Virus record (IMG/VR): IMGVR_UViG_3300042453_005404
Span: 1 to 64,000 of that record
DNA: 64,000 nt
Direction: 5' to 3' (one strand)
Below, piece after piece: positions 1 to 9,109 of the stretch. A program made the translations under genes and the position numbers. Below the pieces are notes generated by a model, which was not told where the DNA came from, did no database searches, and saw nothing but the letters and a program-made list of their open reading frames with translations. How positions within the stretch are numbered: the stretch's first letter is position 1; every line of letters starts with the position of its first letter.

Positions 1-219
1 AGAATAAACCTCGCCACCATACGAATCAATCACAATAGGAATGATTGATTGCCCAGTGTTTTGAGCATTAACCATTGCTTCAATAAACTCTTTGGCAGCT
101 TCCTCGGTAAACTTGTTGACGTAAATGATGTTGGGTGATTTGTATTTAACAGTCACTTCCCCAGAGTCTGCAATCTCTGGCTTGGAAAGCAAAGGATTTT
201 TTACTGATAGTTCAAACAT
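1..219 (-). CDS. ClpP-like protease subunit, N-terminal part (runs off the window start; not in the ORF track)
   Basis: Manual translation from ATG at 219, preceded by an AGGAG SD: MFELSVKNP...IIYVNKFTEEAAKEF...IPIVIDSYGGEVYS. This matches the ClpP I-x-I-x-S-x-G-G motif. No stop before base 1. Confidence 0.7.
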   Translation of the reverse strand, partial: MFELSVKNPLLSKPEIADSGEVTVKYKSPNIIYVNKFTEEAAKEFIEAMVNAQNTGQSIIPIVIDSYGGEVYS

Positions 220-308
220 ATGAATACTCCTATAAGGGTTACTGACTCAAACAACAGATTAGCATAGCACAAAAACGATATAAAGCTAGTCGGCTGGATA
301 TCTATATC

Positions 309-668
309 ATGATGAAAACCATTAGCCTATACTCCATTCTCTTTGAAGCAGACGATTCCAACTCTATTATTGATCCAAAAGATATGGCCGATGTTGTGAA
401 AAAAGCTGTAGGTGAAGAAACTAAAAAAATAACAGACTTGCTTGTTAAACAAGGAACGCAAGTTCCAACCGCAAGTTTAAGTACCACTGGTGCAAAACCA
501 GCCGTTGGTAGCAAAGAAAGCGGATCTGATAAAAAACTCGATCAGATTGCACAAGCTCAAACAGCAGAAACAACAGCAAACAAAGATCTACAAAAAGATC
601 TAGAAAATATACAATCACAAGTTTCCACACTAACAGCGATGGCAAAGGAAGTTCAGAAGAAAGGCTAG
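309..668 (+). CDS. Hypothetical protein, putative head-internal protein
   Basis: 119-aa ORF with an N-terminal LYSILFE motif followed by low-complexity coiled-coil-like sequence. Confidence 0.6.
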   Translation: MMKTISLYSILFEADDSNSIIDPKDMADVVKKAVGEETKKITDLLVKQGTQVPTASLSTTGAKPAVGSKESGSDKKLDQIAQAQTAETTANKDLQKDLENIQSQVSTLTAMAKEVQKKG

Positions 669-1519
669 ACAGCAACAGGCAACTTAATGCTTGGATGATG
701 TTGATAGTTCATTAACTTAATGTCATCAAACGTAAATCCATCAATATCAGTAACCCTTTGATCCAACAACAGATGCGCCATTGGATATGGTGTTCTATGT
801 AGCTGCTGCTTCAATGCCTCTACATGGTTTGAATAGATGTGCAAGTCACCAAAAGTATGCACAAAATCTCCAACTTCCAATCCACAAACCTGTGCAATCA
901 TATGAGTCAGTAGAGCATAAGAAGCAACATTAAACGGTTGGCCTAACCCCAAATCGCACGAACGTTGATATAGCTGACAAGATAGCTTACCATTCACAAC
1001 ATAGAACTGAAACATGGTATGACATGGAGCAAGAGCCATCTGTGGAATATCTCCAACGTTCCATGCAGATACAATAAGTCGTCGTGAATCTGGATTTGTT
1101 TTGATTTGCTCAATAACCTCTTTGATTTGATCGATTTCTATTTCAGTTGGATCATATACAGGACTATTTGGATCATATGGCCTCCAAAACATATGATCCC
1201 ATTTACGCCATTGCTTGCCATAAACAGGTCCAAGGTTTCCATCCTTGTCTGCCCATTCATCCCAGATAGAAATCCCATTCTCTTTCAGCCACTTGATATT
1301 AGTATTACCTTGGAGAAACCATAGAAGTTCTCCTACAACAGACTTCCAGTGAACTCGTTTAGAGGTTAGGATAGGGAATCCTAGAGATAGATCGTAGCGA
1401 GCTTGCCTACCGAATACAGAGATAGTACCTGTTCCAGTACGGTCAGTTTTTTCTACACCATTGGTGAGAACGTCATTGATTAGATCGAAATATGTTTGGT
1501 CAACGTGATGATATGTCAT
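665..1519 (-). CDS. thyA: Thymidylate synthase
   Basis: Motifs [34 protein letters not shown], catalytic LAPCH, YQRSCD and PFNVASY. Confidence 0.97.
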   Translation of the reverse strand: MTYHHVDQTYFDLINDVLTNGVEKTDRTGTGTISVFGRQARYDLSLGFPILTSKRVHWKSVVGELLWFLQGNTNIKWLKENGISIWDEWADKDGNLGPVYGKQWRKWDHMFWRPYDPNSPVYDPTEIEIDQIKEVIEQIKTNPDSRRLIVSAWNVGDIPQMALAPCHTMFQFYVVNGKLSCQLYQRSCDLGLGQPFNVASYALLTHMIAQVCGLEVGDFVHTFGDLHIYSNHVEALKQQLHRTPYPMAHLLLDQRVTDIDGFTFDDIKLMNYQHHPSIKLPVAV

Positions 1520-1559
1520 GAATAGAACATATCACAAGCAATAAGGAAATGTAAAGAGA

Positions 1560-1868
1560 TTATAGAGCCATTGGATCTTCGAAGTCGAATCCGTTATCAG
1601 TAACATGCATGATCCAGCGAAGACTATCATCCAACTCCTCAGAGTCGAGAAATACTCTTTCGATTTCGGCAGGTGTGGTTTTTACTCCCTTTTGACGAGC
1701 AAAGTCCATAACTTCTTTCCAAGACATTTCCCCACCCTCTTCACCAACATTGCCAAACTCATCATGAAGATCATAAATAAAATCTATTAAAATTTTTCTC
1801 TTGATTCCTTCAGTGTTCGTCCAGTGTTCGTCTGCTCCGCAACTGCAACAGCCCTTCGGGGAATGGAT
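1560..1868 (-). pseudogene. Start-less second copy of the domain in 1810..2196, in the +1 frame (frameshifted fusion partner or pseudogene)
   Basis: 102-codon open frame: ...FIYDLHDEFGNVGEEGGEMSWKEVMDFARQKGVKTTPAEIERVF...VTDNGFDFEDPMAL*. It parallels the upstream ORF and has no start codon before the conserved block. Confidence 0.7.
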
Positions 1869-2196
1869 CTACAAAGTCGAATCCAGAGTCAGTAACACCC
1901 ATGATGTAAGCAAGACCGGAGTCCAACATGTCAGAGTGGTTAAATACTCTTTCGAGTTCATCGGGCGTGGTTTTTACTTCTTTTTGACGAGCAAAATCCA
2001 TAACTTCATCCCAAGATACTGATCCACCCTCTTCACCAACATTGCCAAACTCACCGTGAATATCTTCAATAAATCTTGCGATTTTTTCTTCTTTTTCTGG
2101 AGGCATGTTGAGTGCTCCTATACGCTCTTGTTTTCGTTTTTCAACAGATACCGCTTCTTTAATGATTCTTTTTAGTTGACGTACTGTTAATCTCAT
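1810..2196 (-). CDS. Hypothetical protein with N-terminal QLKRIIKEA motif
   Basis: 128-aa ORF; its domain is duplicated immediately downstream. Confidence 0.75.
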   Translation of the reverse strand: MRLTVRQLKRIIKEAVSVEKRKQERIGALNMPPEKEEKIARFIEDIHGEFGNVGEEGGSVSWDEVMDFARQKEVKTTPDELERVFNHSDMLDSGLAYIMGVTDSGFDFVDPFPEGLLQLRSRRTLDEH

Positions 2197-2270
2197 AAAA
2201 CATTACTCCTGTTATTCTGGGGTCGTATATTACCCAATAACAATATATAGAAACCCCCCGTGCTTTTTTG

Positions 2271-3191
2271 TTATCCTTTTTCGCCTTTTGTCCAAGAGAT
2301 ACCCACCTTTGCTAAGATTATCGAAAATTATGCTTTCAATTCTCTAATAAAGGACTCGTAAAGTTTTTTGAGTTGTTTTGTTGTATTTTGAAGATAGTTT
2401 TCATTAACTGCATTAACAAAAAGATTTGCTTGTTTTAATTCATCTAGTGTTTTGATTCCATTGTCAAAGTAAGCAAAAGTCATTGCTTTTTGCATTTTTC
2501 CGTATTTTTCTTTTCTTTTTTCAAATTCTTCTGGTGATTCTTCTTTTTGTTTTCTTGGCTCTCTCACCCAAGCGTTCCACTTTGTATCGTTTTTATGGTG
2601 TGCAAAGCAATCATCACTTTTATCTGGTGTTTGAAATGGTTCAAAATCTAAAGCTTTAGATGTTACATCCGGTCTAGACTCCAAATACTCTGCCCAAATC
2701 CTTGCGGCTGCTGGGCTAACCATACTACGATCTCCAATCAAACTATTTCCAGACTGACCAAGAATTACCAACAAACAATCATATAGCATTGGTCCATAAC
2801 CTTTTGCTACTTCTGACATGCTAACAAACCAAGCATTATGACAATTATAATTGGCTTTGTCATCGTTCTCTTTGCATGATACATAACCCCAAGGCATTAA
2901 TGGTTTATGACTCGGCTCTTCATATCGAGATATTGGTCCGCCTTTTTCAAATTTAGAAAATTTAAAATCTCCGTAATATTTTTTTCTTAATTTATCAGTT
3001 TGACTTTCAATTAATCTACCTGTTTTCAAACTGTAAAAACCAACAAGATAAAAATCTGCTCCTCCAAGATCTTGTTTTTCAAATTTTACTCCAACTTTAA
3101 ATTCATCACCAACGCTGTTGTTAAAAGCAATTAGATCTTTAACTGTTTTTGCTGGCATGATTTAACCTTTTTCACCTTTTGTCCAAGAGAT
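2271..3191. repeat. 30-bp direct repeat pair (2271-2300 and 3162-3191, 28/30 identical) flanking gene 2328..3158
   Basis: ttatcctttttcgccttttgtccaagagat versus ttaacctttttcaccttttgtccaagagat. Confidence 0.85.
2328..3158 (-). CDS. GNAT-like domain protein, related to the 4325-9095 array
   Basis: KGYGPMLYD...LIGDRSMVSPAAARIW aligns with the array motifs FGPLAYQ...LxSDxxLKPASQRVW. GxG(P)xLY resembles the GNAT acetyl-CoA-binding motif A. Confidence 0.55.
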   Translation of the reverse strand: MPAKTVKDLIAFNNSVGDEFKVGVKFEKQDLGGADFYLVGFYSLKTGRLIESQTDKLRKKYYGDFKFSKFEKGGPISRYEEPSHKPLMPWGYVSCKENDDKANYNCHNAWFVSMSEVAKGYGPMLYDCLLVILGQSGNSLIGDRSMVSPAAARIWAEYLESRPDVTSKALDFEPFQTPDKSDDCFAHHKNDTKWNAWVREPRKQKEESPEEFEKRKEKYGKMQKAMTFAYFDNGIKTLDELKQANLFVNAVNENYLQNTTKQLKKLYESFIRELKA

Positions 3192-3452
3192 TCCCATGGC
3201 TGGTGGGTCTTTCAACGTGTCATGTTCTTTGCTACGATAGTAGCCACCTTTGTTAAGATTTTTGTTAATACCTTTGGTTAGTTCTTTATGGTAGCTTGGG
3301 TTGTTGTCATCTTTGGCATGAATAAAAGTATCTGAACCAATACGATCCCCGTGGCCAACGTATTCATAACCCATTGCTTTTACGAGTTTTTTGTTAAAAG
3401 CTGCTTCTAAAATCAGTAGTTTTATTAAGCCATACAAGAATTCTTCATTCAT
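3162..3452 (-). CDS. Hypothetical protein (LLILEAA motif)
   Basis: 96-aa ORF with TAATTA just upstream of the ATG. Confidence 0.65.
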   Translation of the reverse strand: MNEEFLYGLIKLLILEAAFNKKLVKAMGYEYVGHGDRIGSDTFIHAKDDNNPSYHKELTKGINKNLNKGGYYRSKEHDTLKDPPAMGISWTKGEKG

Positions 3453-3603
3453 ACACGTTAATTACCAAAGAGATTAAAAAATGCAGCAAAATCATAACAG
3501 TTGATGATTGGGAAATAAATCAAGGCAGCTGGAAAAACTCTAAAGCTTTGAGAGATCACTATGAACGCCTACAGCAAATGAATCATATATCAAAAATCAA
3601 ACG

Positions 3604-3942
3604 TTAACTCAAAACAGTAACTTTTGTCATTTCTATATCCATCACCACATATTCTTTTCGTGTTGAATGTCCATCTCCAACAACCAAACCCAAAACCTCA
3701 ACATACACATGACCAAGATCTGAGGTATATACAGCTTTAATCAATCCTTTAAGTTTCTTGTTACTCAGCACTGCTGGATCAAATCGTTCAAGTTTTTTGA
3801 CGACGTGTTGCGAACAAATATCTGGATGCAAATCAAAAACAACATAGCTACCAAGTCTTAGTTCCAAAAGTTGCTGTTTAATTGACTTAGATTTTGCTTC
3901 AGATTTCTTTTTATTGAAGAAGTTGCGTATATAGTTGAGCAT
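3604..3942 (-). CDS. Hypothetical protein
   Basis: 112-aa ORF with a beta-rich C-terminus. Confidence 0.6.
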   Translation of the reverse strand: MLNYIRNFFNKKKSEAKSKSIKQQLLELRLGSYVVFDLHPDICSQHVVKKLERFDPAVLSNKKLKGLIKAVYTSDLGHVYVEVLGLVVGDGHSTRKEYVVMDIEMTKVTVLS

Positions 3943-3962
3943 TTGAAAAACTATATATCCTT

Positions 3963-4328
3963 ATGTATTGTATCTCTTCTATTGGTTATGTTCCACATTC
4001 ATTAGCTTTGAAAATATTGAACAGTTCAGAGTTACGTGCAAAAGGCTTCATGGGATGGAGTCAGCCACCCAACGATCATTATGGAATGCTTTTTGTGCAT
4101 GACATAGAACATCCTCAATCTTATTGGATGCATACCGTTCCTTTTGATTTAGATTGTCTTGGATTCGATAAGCATAACAGATTGGTTGAGGTACTGCCTT
4201 TGGAAGCATTTTCTACGGCCTCTAGAAGATTTTCTGTGCCTGTTCGTTATGTTGTTGAAGTAAGAGGAGGTTGGTGTAAAGACCACGGCATAAAAGGCGG
4301 AGAAAAGCTAGTTATAAGGAAACTATGA
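3963..4328 (+). CDS. DUF192-family protein
   Basis: Motifs GMLFV, YWMHTVPFDLDCLGFD and YVVEVRGG. Confidence 0.75.
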   Translation: MYCISSIGYVPHSLALKILNSSELRAKGFMGWSQPPNDHYGMLFVHDIEHPQSYWMHTVPFDLDCLGFDKHNRLVEVLPLEAFSTASRRFSVPVRYVVEVRGGWCKDHGIKGGEKLVIRKL

Positions 4329-5113
4329 AACTATATCAAATCATATACACAAACGAAGCAGCAAGATCGGCAGAAGAGTCTTTGGAAAAAGGAGTTTTTG
4401 CTTATCTTAAACCGGGAACGTATCCAAAAGTTATTCTAATATCTAGAGACAGGCTTTTGCAAGCCATTGATTCCGAGGTGCTGCTGGGGCCGTTGGTACG
4501 GAAAATTGCTGGTCGTGCTGTTGTTGGAGCTGTAGGTTATAACAAAGACTCTTCTGGTGAAGATTTATACAAGGTGGATACAAGTGCTGGAGTTGCTAGT
4601 TTTGGTCCATTGGCTTATCAGCTAGCAATGTACACAATACAACCATCTTGGCTAATGAGCGATAGTTCTCTTAAACCAGCAAGTCATCGTGTTTGGAAAA
4701 ACATGTACAAGCTTTCTGAGCAAGGAGTTTATGAGCGTAAATGGCTTGGAGATTATAACATTGACTTGGTTTCTGAACGGTATATTGGTATCGAAAGTGG
4801 CAAGTTTGCGAGATTCCTCTCCTCCTTACGGTGGATTCGCCTCTCCTCCTTACCTCCTCCAGCCGAAGATTTATTCATAAAATGGGTAAAAGAAAACCAC
4901 CCAGAAGAACCGATAGAAAACTTTGGTCAATTTTGGGCATATCGTAAAACAAGTCATGACCCTAAGATAAAAAACTTATTTGATCAAAGCGAAAAGTTTA
5001 TCGAACAAATGCAAACCGAGCGAAAGATACCAGAAGTTACAACAAGAGAAATAATAGAACGTTCAGCAGCTTTGTTTTTTGGTCGTCTTTATGGTTCTGC
5101 TGCAAGTTATTGA
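4325..5113 (+). CDS. GNAT-like array paralog 1
   Basis: MKLYQIIYTNEAA; RAVVGAV; TSAGVASFGPLAYQLAM; SDSSLKPASHRVWKNMY. Confidence 0.8.
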   Translation: MKLYQIIYTNEAARSAEESLEKGVFAYLKPGTYPKVILISRDRLLQAIDSEVLLGPLVRKIAGRAVVGAVGYNKDSSGEDLYKVDTSAGVASFGPLAYQLAMYTIQPSWLMSDSSLKPASHRVWKNMYKLSEQGVYERKWLGDYNIDLVSERYIGIESGKFARFLSSLRWIRLSSLPPPAEDLFIKWVKENHPEEPIENFGQFWAYRKTSHDPKIKNLFDQSEKFIEQMQTERKIPEVTTREIIERSAALFFGRLYGSAASY

Positions 5114-5125
5114 AAAGATGAACAC

Positions 5126-5914
5126 ATGAAACTTTATCCACTCATATATACCAACGAAGCAGCAAGAACAGCTAGCGAAGCTATAGAAGCTGAACTAGGA
5201 CTTTTCATTTATCCTACCGATGATTCGATAGCTGTTATATTGATTGATTCAGAACGATGTGAAAATATCTTAGCGTCGTATCTTGAAAAAAAAGAAGCTT
5301 ACAAACCTAAAAAAGAATGGTTAACAACAGCCATTGGAAATCGTGCTGTTGTTGGAGGTGTTGGTATAAGACATCCAGATGCTTGGAGAGTTAGTTTTTC
5401 TGTGGCTGTCAGCAAATATGGTCCATTACTTTATGATGCGGCAATGGCAGCGATATACCCAGATTATCTTTGTTCTGATACAGACATTACAGAAGCCGCT
5501 CAAAAAGTTTGGAACAAAATGCTTGAACGTAATGATGTTGAAAAAATACCTGTTACAGAACTTGGTGATGACGTATACATGATGATAAGCACAAGTTTTA
5601 GCGTTGCAGGCTTGACAAGTAAACAAGCAGAAGAAGCAAGAAATTCTATAGGAGATGCAAATTTGGATTTAGAGTGGTTCGAAAACTTTGTCAGCAGCCT
5701 TCCTCCAGAAGATAAAGCCAAGCTTGGCCCGTTTTATGGTTTTCGTAGAAAGGCTGGCAAAGATCTTTCAAAGTATAATACTCTAATTAAAACCAGTGAT
5801 GACATCATTGATATCTTTGCTGGTTCTATGAAGCTTAAACGATTCGATGTTGAAGAAGCAATAGAACAAGCTGCGATACAAATGTTTAAACGCTTTTATT
5901 TCAGGAGAAAATGA
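5126..5914 (+). CDS. GNAT-like array paralog 2 (most divergent)
   Basis: MKLYPLIYTNEAA; NRAVVGGV; KYGPLLYDAAM; SDTDITEAAQKVWNKM. Confidence 0.8.
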   Translation: MKLYPLIYTNEAARTASEAIEAELGLFIYPTDDSIAVILIDSERCENILASYLEKKEAYKPKKEWLTTAIGNRAVVGGVGIRHPDAWRVSFSVAVSKYGPLLYDAAMAAIYPDYLCSDTDITEAAQKVWNKMLERNDVEKIPVTELGDDVYMMISTSFSVAGLTSKQAEEARNSIGDANLDLEWFENFVSSLPPEDKAKLGPFYGFRRKAGKDLSKYNTLIKTSDDIIDIFAGSMKLKRFDVEEAIEQAAIQMFKRFYFRRK

Positions 5915-5918
5915 ACAC

Positions 5919-6746
5919 ATGAAACTATATCCAATCATATACCTTAACGAAGCAGCTCCAACAGCAACCGAAGCTATTGGCAAAAACGTTGCAGCTATCA
6001 CTAGTGACGACTATGCAGATTGGGAATCACCAACCGATCATAGTATCGTTTTGATATCCACAAATAGAGCAATGAGCATAATGCAATCGTTGCCGAAAAA
6101 AGGTTGGGCACCAGAGGAGATAAGCGCCGCAGAAGCTCGTACTATCGGTAAACTCATTGCAAATCGAGCAGTTGTTGGATATGTTGCATACTCTGATAGC
6201 GATGAAAATCTGTGGAAAATCGACTCTAGTGCCGGTGTGGCGAGTTTCGGACCATTGGCATATCAACTAGCGATGTGGTCAACTGGTGGTTGGCTTGAAA
6301 GCGATATTTCTCTCAAACCAGCAAGTCAAAGAGTTTGGCAAAAAATGTATGAACTATCCAATCAAGGTGTATACAAGCGTAAATGGCTTGGTGAATGGAA
6401 CGAAGATCATCCCGCCGAACGTATGCATATTGGTCCTGCTCCCCGAGATTTAGGAGAGTATATAACCAAAGTCGAAAACGGAGAAATAGATTACGAAGAC
6501 GAACAAGCTTTTCTAAGTTGGTTACAAGAAAACAACCTAAAGCCAGAAACTTATGGTTGGCTTTGGGCTTATCAACTAGTCTCTCACGATTCAAACACTC
6601 GCAGTTTGTTTGACAAAGGCAAGCAACTAATCCAAGATTTAAGAGAAATATATCCTCAGTTCACCGAAAAAGATCTTGGTGAGTTGTTTGAAACTGCGGG
6701 CAGAAAGTTTTTTCGTAGACTCTACGGTGGAAAAGCTAGTTATTGA
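5919..6746 (+). CDS. GNAT-like array paralog 3
   Basis: MKLYPIIYLNEAA; NRAVVGYV; SSAGVASFGPLAYQLAM; SDISLKPASQRVWQKMY. Confidence 0.8.
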   Translation: MKLYPIIYLNEAAPTATEAIGKNVAAITSDDYADWESPTDHSIVLISTNRAMSIMQSLPKKGWAPEEISAAEARTIGKLIANRAVVGYVAYSDSDENLWKIDSSAGVASFGPLAYQLAMWSTGGWLESDISLKPASQRVWQKMYELSNQGVYKRKWLGEWNEDHPAERMHIGPAPRDLGEYITKVENGEIDYEDEQAFLSWLQENNLKPETYGWLWAYQLVSHDSNTRSLFDKGKQLIQDLREIYPQFTEKDLGELFETAGRKFFRRLYGGKASY

Positions 6747-6759
6747 TAACAGAAATAAC

Positions 6760-7515
6760 ATGAAACTTTATCCAATCATATACCTTAACGAAGGTATGCG
6801 TACACCAGAAGAAGCGTTGGAAAAAGGTATTGCTGCGATACAAACACCAACCGGTGTCGCCGGAGGTCAGTTTGTAAATCTTGTTTCAAAAAAACGTATG
6901 CTAAATTTGCTAGAAAAAAACAAAACCTTGTTAAACAATCCAACAGAACGCTTAAAGTTGGTGTTTAAAGCTGCCAACCGTGCTGTTGTTGGTAGCGTTA
7001 GTTTTCGATCTACACACGTTCAAGGTGTAACCAAAATCAACACAAGTGCTGCGGTTAATAAATTTGGACCTCTTGCTTATCAGTTAGCAATGCATTATAT
7101 AAAGCCAAGATGGCTTTGTAGCGATACAAGCCTAACAGCTGAATCAGCAAAAGTGTGGTACGAAATGTACGCACGTCCAGAACTCTATGAAAAAAAATGG
7201 ATGGGTGATCTATCAGGAGATTCTACCAAACTCATTAATGATCGATTGAACGCTGATGAAAACAAAGACTATATCGATTTACCCGACGACATGGTAACCG
7301 ACGAAGCGTATATGACACAAGAACTTGGTGACATGTCCAAATATGGATATCTTTATGTTTATCGTTTAGCTAAACCTATTCCTGCATTGCAGGCTGTTTT
7401 CGATCAAGGGGAAGCGTTTCTTGACGAACTCGTTGACAGAGGATTCGACGCTGCTTTAATCAAACAAATCATTAGTGACAGCGGCGATGCATTTTTTGAA
7501 AGGAGATACGATTGA
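6760..7515 (+). CDS. GNAT-like array paralog 4 (start re-called at 6760)
   Basis: The ATG at 6760 gives MKLYPIIYLNEGMRTPEEAL, matching its paralogs; FGPLAYQLAM is present. Confidence 0.8.
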   Translation: MKLYPIIYLNEGMRTPEEALEKGIAAIQTPTGVAGGQFVNLVSKKRMLNLLEKNKTLLNNPTERLKLVFKAANRAVVGSVSFRSTHVQGVTKINTSAAVNKFGPLAYQLAMHYIKPRWLCSDTSLTAESAKVWYEMYARPELYEKKWMGDLSGDSTKLINDRLNADENKDYIDLPDDMVTDEAYMTQELGDMSKYGYLYVYRLAKPIPALQAVFDQGEAFLDELVDRGFDAALIKQIISDSGDAFFERRYD

Positions 7516-8309
7516 AACTATATCCAATCATATATCTCAACGAAGGTATGCGTACACCAGAAGAAGCGTTGTCGAAAGGTGTGGCTGCAATCAAAAAATC
7601 AGCTGGTAGCGATAAAGTTGCAGCAATCGATTTGCTTTCTATTGAGAGAACTTTAAATATCGCAAAAAAACACAAGCCATGGCAGATCGTTGACGGCGAG
7701 CATTTAGCTAAACGTGCATTTGTTGCTTCGATTGTATATGAGTTTGTTAGTGAAGATATCTACAAAATCATTGGCAGCGCAGGAGTTTCAGACTTTGGTC
7801 CATTAGCTTACCAAATGGTAATGCAAGAAATCATGAAGGATGGTGGATGGCTTGCGTCTGATTCAATGCTTAAACCTGCAAGTCAAAGAGTTTGGCAAAA
7901 GATGTATGAGCTTTCCGAACAAGGTGTATACAAACGTAAGTTTTTGGGAGAGGTAAACAAAAAGCATATCAGTATGCGTCAATTGATTATACCATCTGAA
8001 CTTAAATCCATTGTAGGCATTAAAGACGCTATAAGCGACTATTACAAAACAAGCTACAAAATGACAAATGACGGTTTTATAGCTTATTTGGATGCACTAT
8101 CCCTAAAACCACAAACTTATGGTTGGATGTGGGCATACCAACTTGAATCTCCTAACCCAAACATTGACGAGCTTTATAGAAAAGGTGAAGAGTTAGTTGC
8201 GCAAATAAAAAATATAACGGGATTTGACGATAAAGTTACACATGACATGATCGAGGATGCTGGTGAAAAGTTTTTTGATCGTTTATACGGCAGCAAAGCC
8301 AGCGATTGA
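7512..8309 (+). CDS. GNAT-like array paralog 5 (TTG start overlapping the upstream TGA)
   Basis: TTG-KLYPIIYLNEGMRTPEEAL; SAGVSDFGPLAYQMVM; LASDSMLKPASQRVWQKMY. Confidence 0.8.
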   Translation: MKLYPIIYLNEGMRTPEEALSKGVAAIKKSAGSDKVAAIDLLSIERTLNIAKKHKPWQIVDGEHLAKRAFVASIVYEFVSEDIYKIIGSAGVSDFGPLAYQMVMQEIMKDGGWLASDSMLKPASQRVWQKMYELSEQGVYKRKFLGEVNKKHISMRQLIIPSELKSIVGIKDAISDYYKTSYKMTNDGFIAYLDALSLKPQTYGWMWAYQLESPNPNIDELYRKGEELVAQIKNITGFDDKVTHDMIEDAGEKFFDRLYGSKASD

Positions 8310-8324
8310 CACAAGGAAATCTAA

Positions 8325-9095
8325 ATGAAGCTGTACCCCATTATGTATCTTCATGAAGGTATGCGGACACCAGAAGAAGCGTTGGAAAAAGGTATTGCTG
8401 CTATAGCACACAAGTATGCAACCAGCGTTGGGGGTATAGTGTTGCTTTCTACCAAAAGAACGTTAAAGTACGTACAAAAAAATAAAGCATTAGATGGTTT
8501 AGAACAACGAGCAGTAGTTGCATCGATCAACTATAGGCTGATTCAAGGAGATCTATACAAAATCAATTACAGCGCAGGAGTTTCAGACTTTGGTCCATTG
8601 GCATATCAAATGGTAATGCAAGAAATAATGAAAACTAACAATGGATGGTTGGCTTCTGATGAAAATCTTAAGAAAGCCAGCAAAAGAGTTTGGCAAAAGA
8701 TGTATGAGCTTTCTGAACAAGGTGTATACAAGCGCAAATGGTTAGGTGATTGGGATATCGGCGGGGGAGATCGGACACGGCATCCATTCAGCAGACGAAC
8801 ACATTTAGGTCAAGATTCATCGTTGTATTACGAAGGTATGAAAGATAAGAAGTACGATGGTTCTGAAGCTGATTTTTTAAAATACTTAAGCGAACATAAT
8901 GTAGCACCATATGAGTATGGATGGCTTTGGGCTTACCAACTTCAATCATTTAATCCAAAGTTTGAAGAGCTTTATGAAAAAGGTGAAGAGTTACTTTTGC
9001 AAATCGAACAAATCATCAAAGGTGTAAGAATCAATAACGTTCGTAATGTTTTGCTTTCTGGAGAAAACTTCTTTGGTCGTATGTATCACTCATAA
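8325..9095 (+). CDS. GNAT-like array paralog 6
   Basis: MKLYPIMYLHEGMRTPEEAL; SAGVSDFGPLAYQMVM; YGWLWAYQL. Confidence 0.8.
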   Translation: MKLYPIMYLHEGMRTPEEALEKGIAAIAHKYATSVGGIVLLSTKRTLKYVQKNKALDGLEQRAVVASINYRLIQGDLYKINYSAGVSDFGPLAYQMVMQEIMKTNNGWLASDENLKKASKRVWQKMYELSEQGVYKRKWLGDWDIGGGDRTRHPFSRRTHLGQDSSLYYEGMKDKKYDGSEADFLKYLSEHNVAPYEYGWLWAYQLQSFNPKFEELYEKGEELLLQIEQIIKGVRINNVRNVLLSGENFFGRMYHS

Positions 9096-9109
9096 AAGTC
9101 TTTGTCCAG

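Noticed and set aside
3465-3606. Short open frame on the plus strand between ORFs 3162 and 3604
   Set aside because: It has no start codon or SD near its beginning and no recognisable motif.
4325-9095. CRISPR array
   Set aside because: The repeated DNA blocks lie inside paralogous coding sequences about 800 bp apart, not in short repeat-spacer units.
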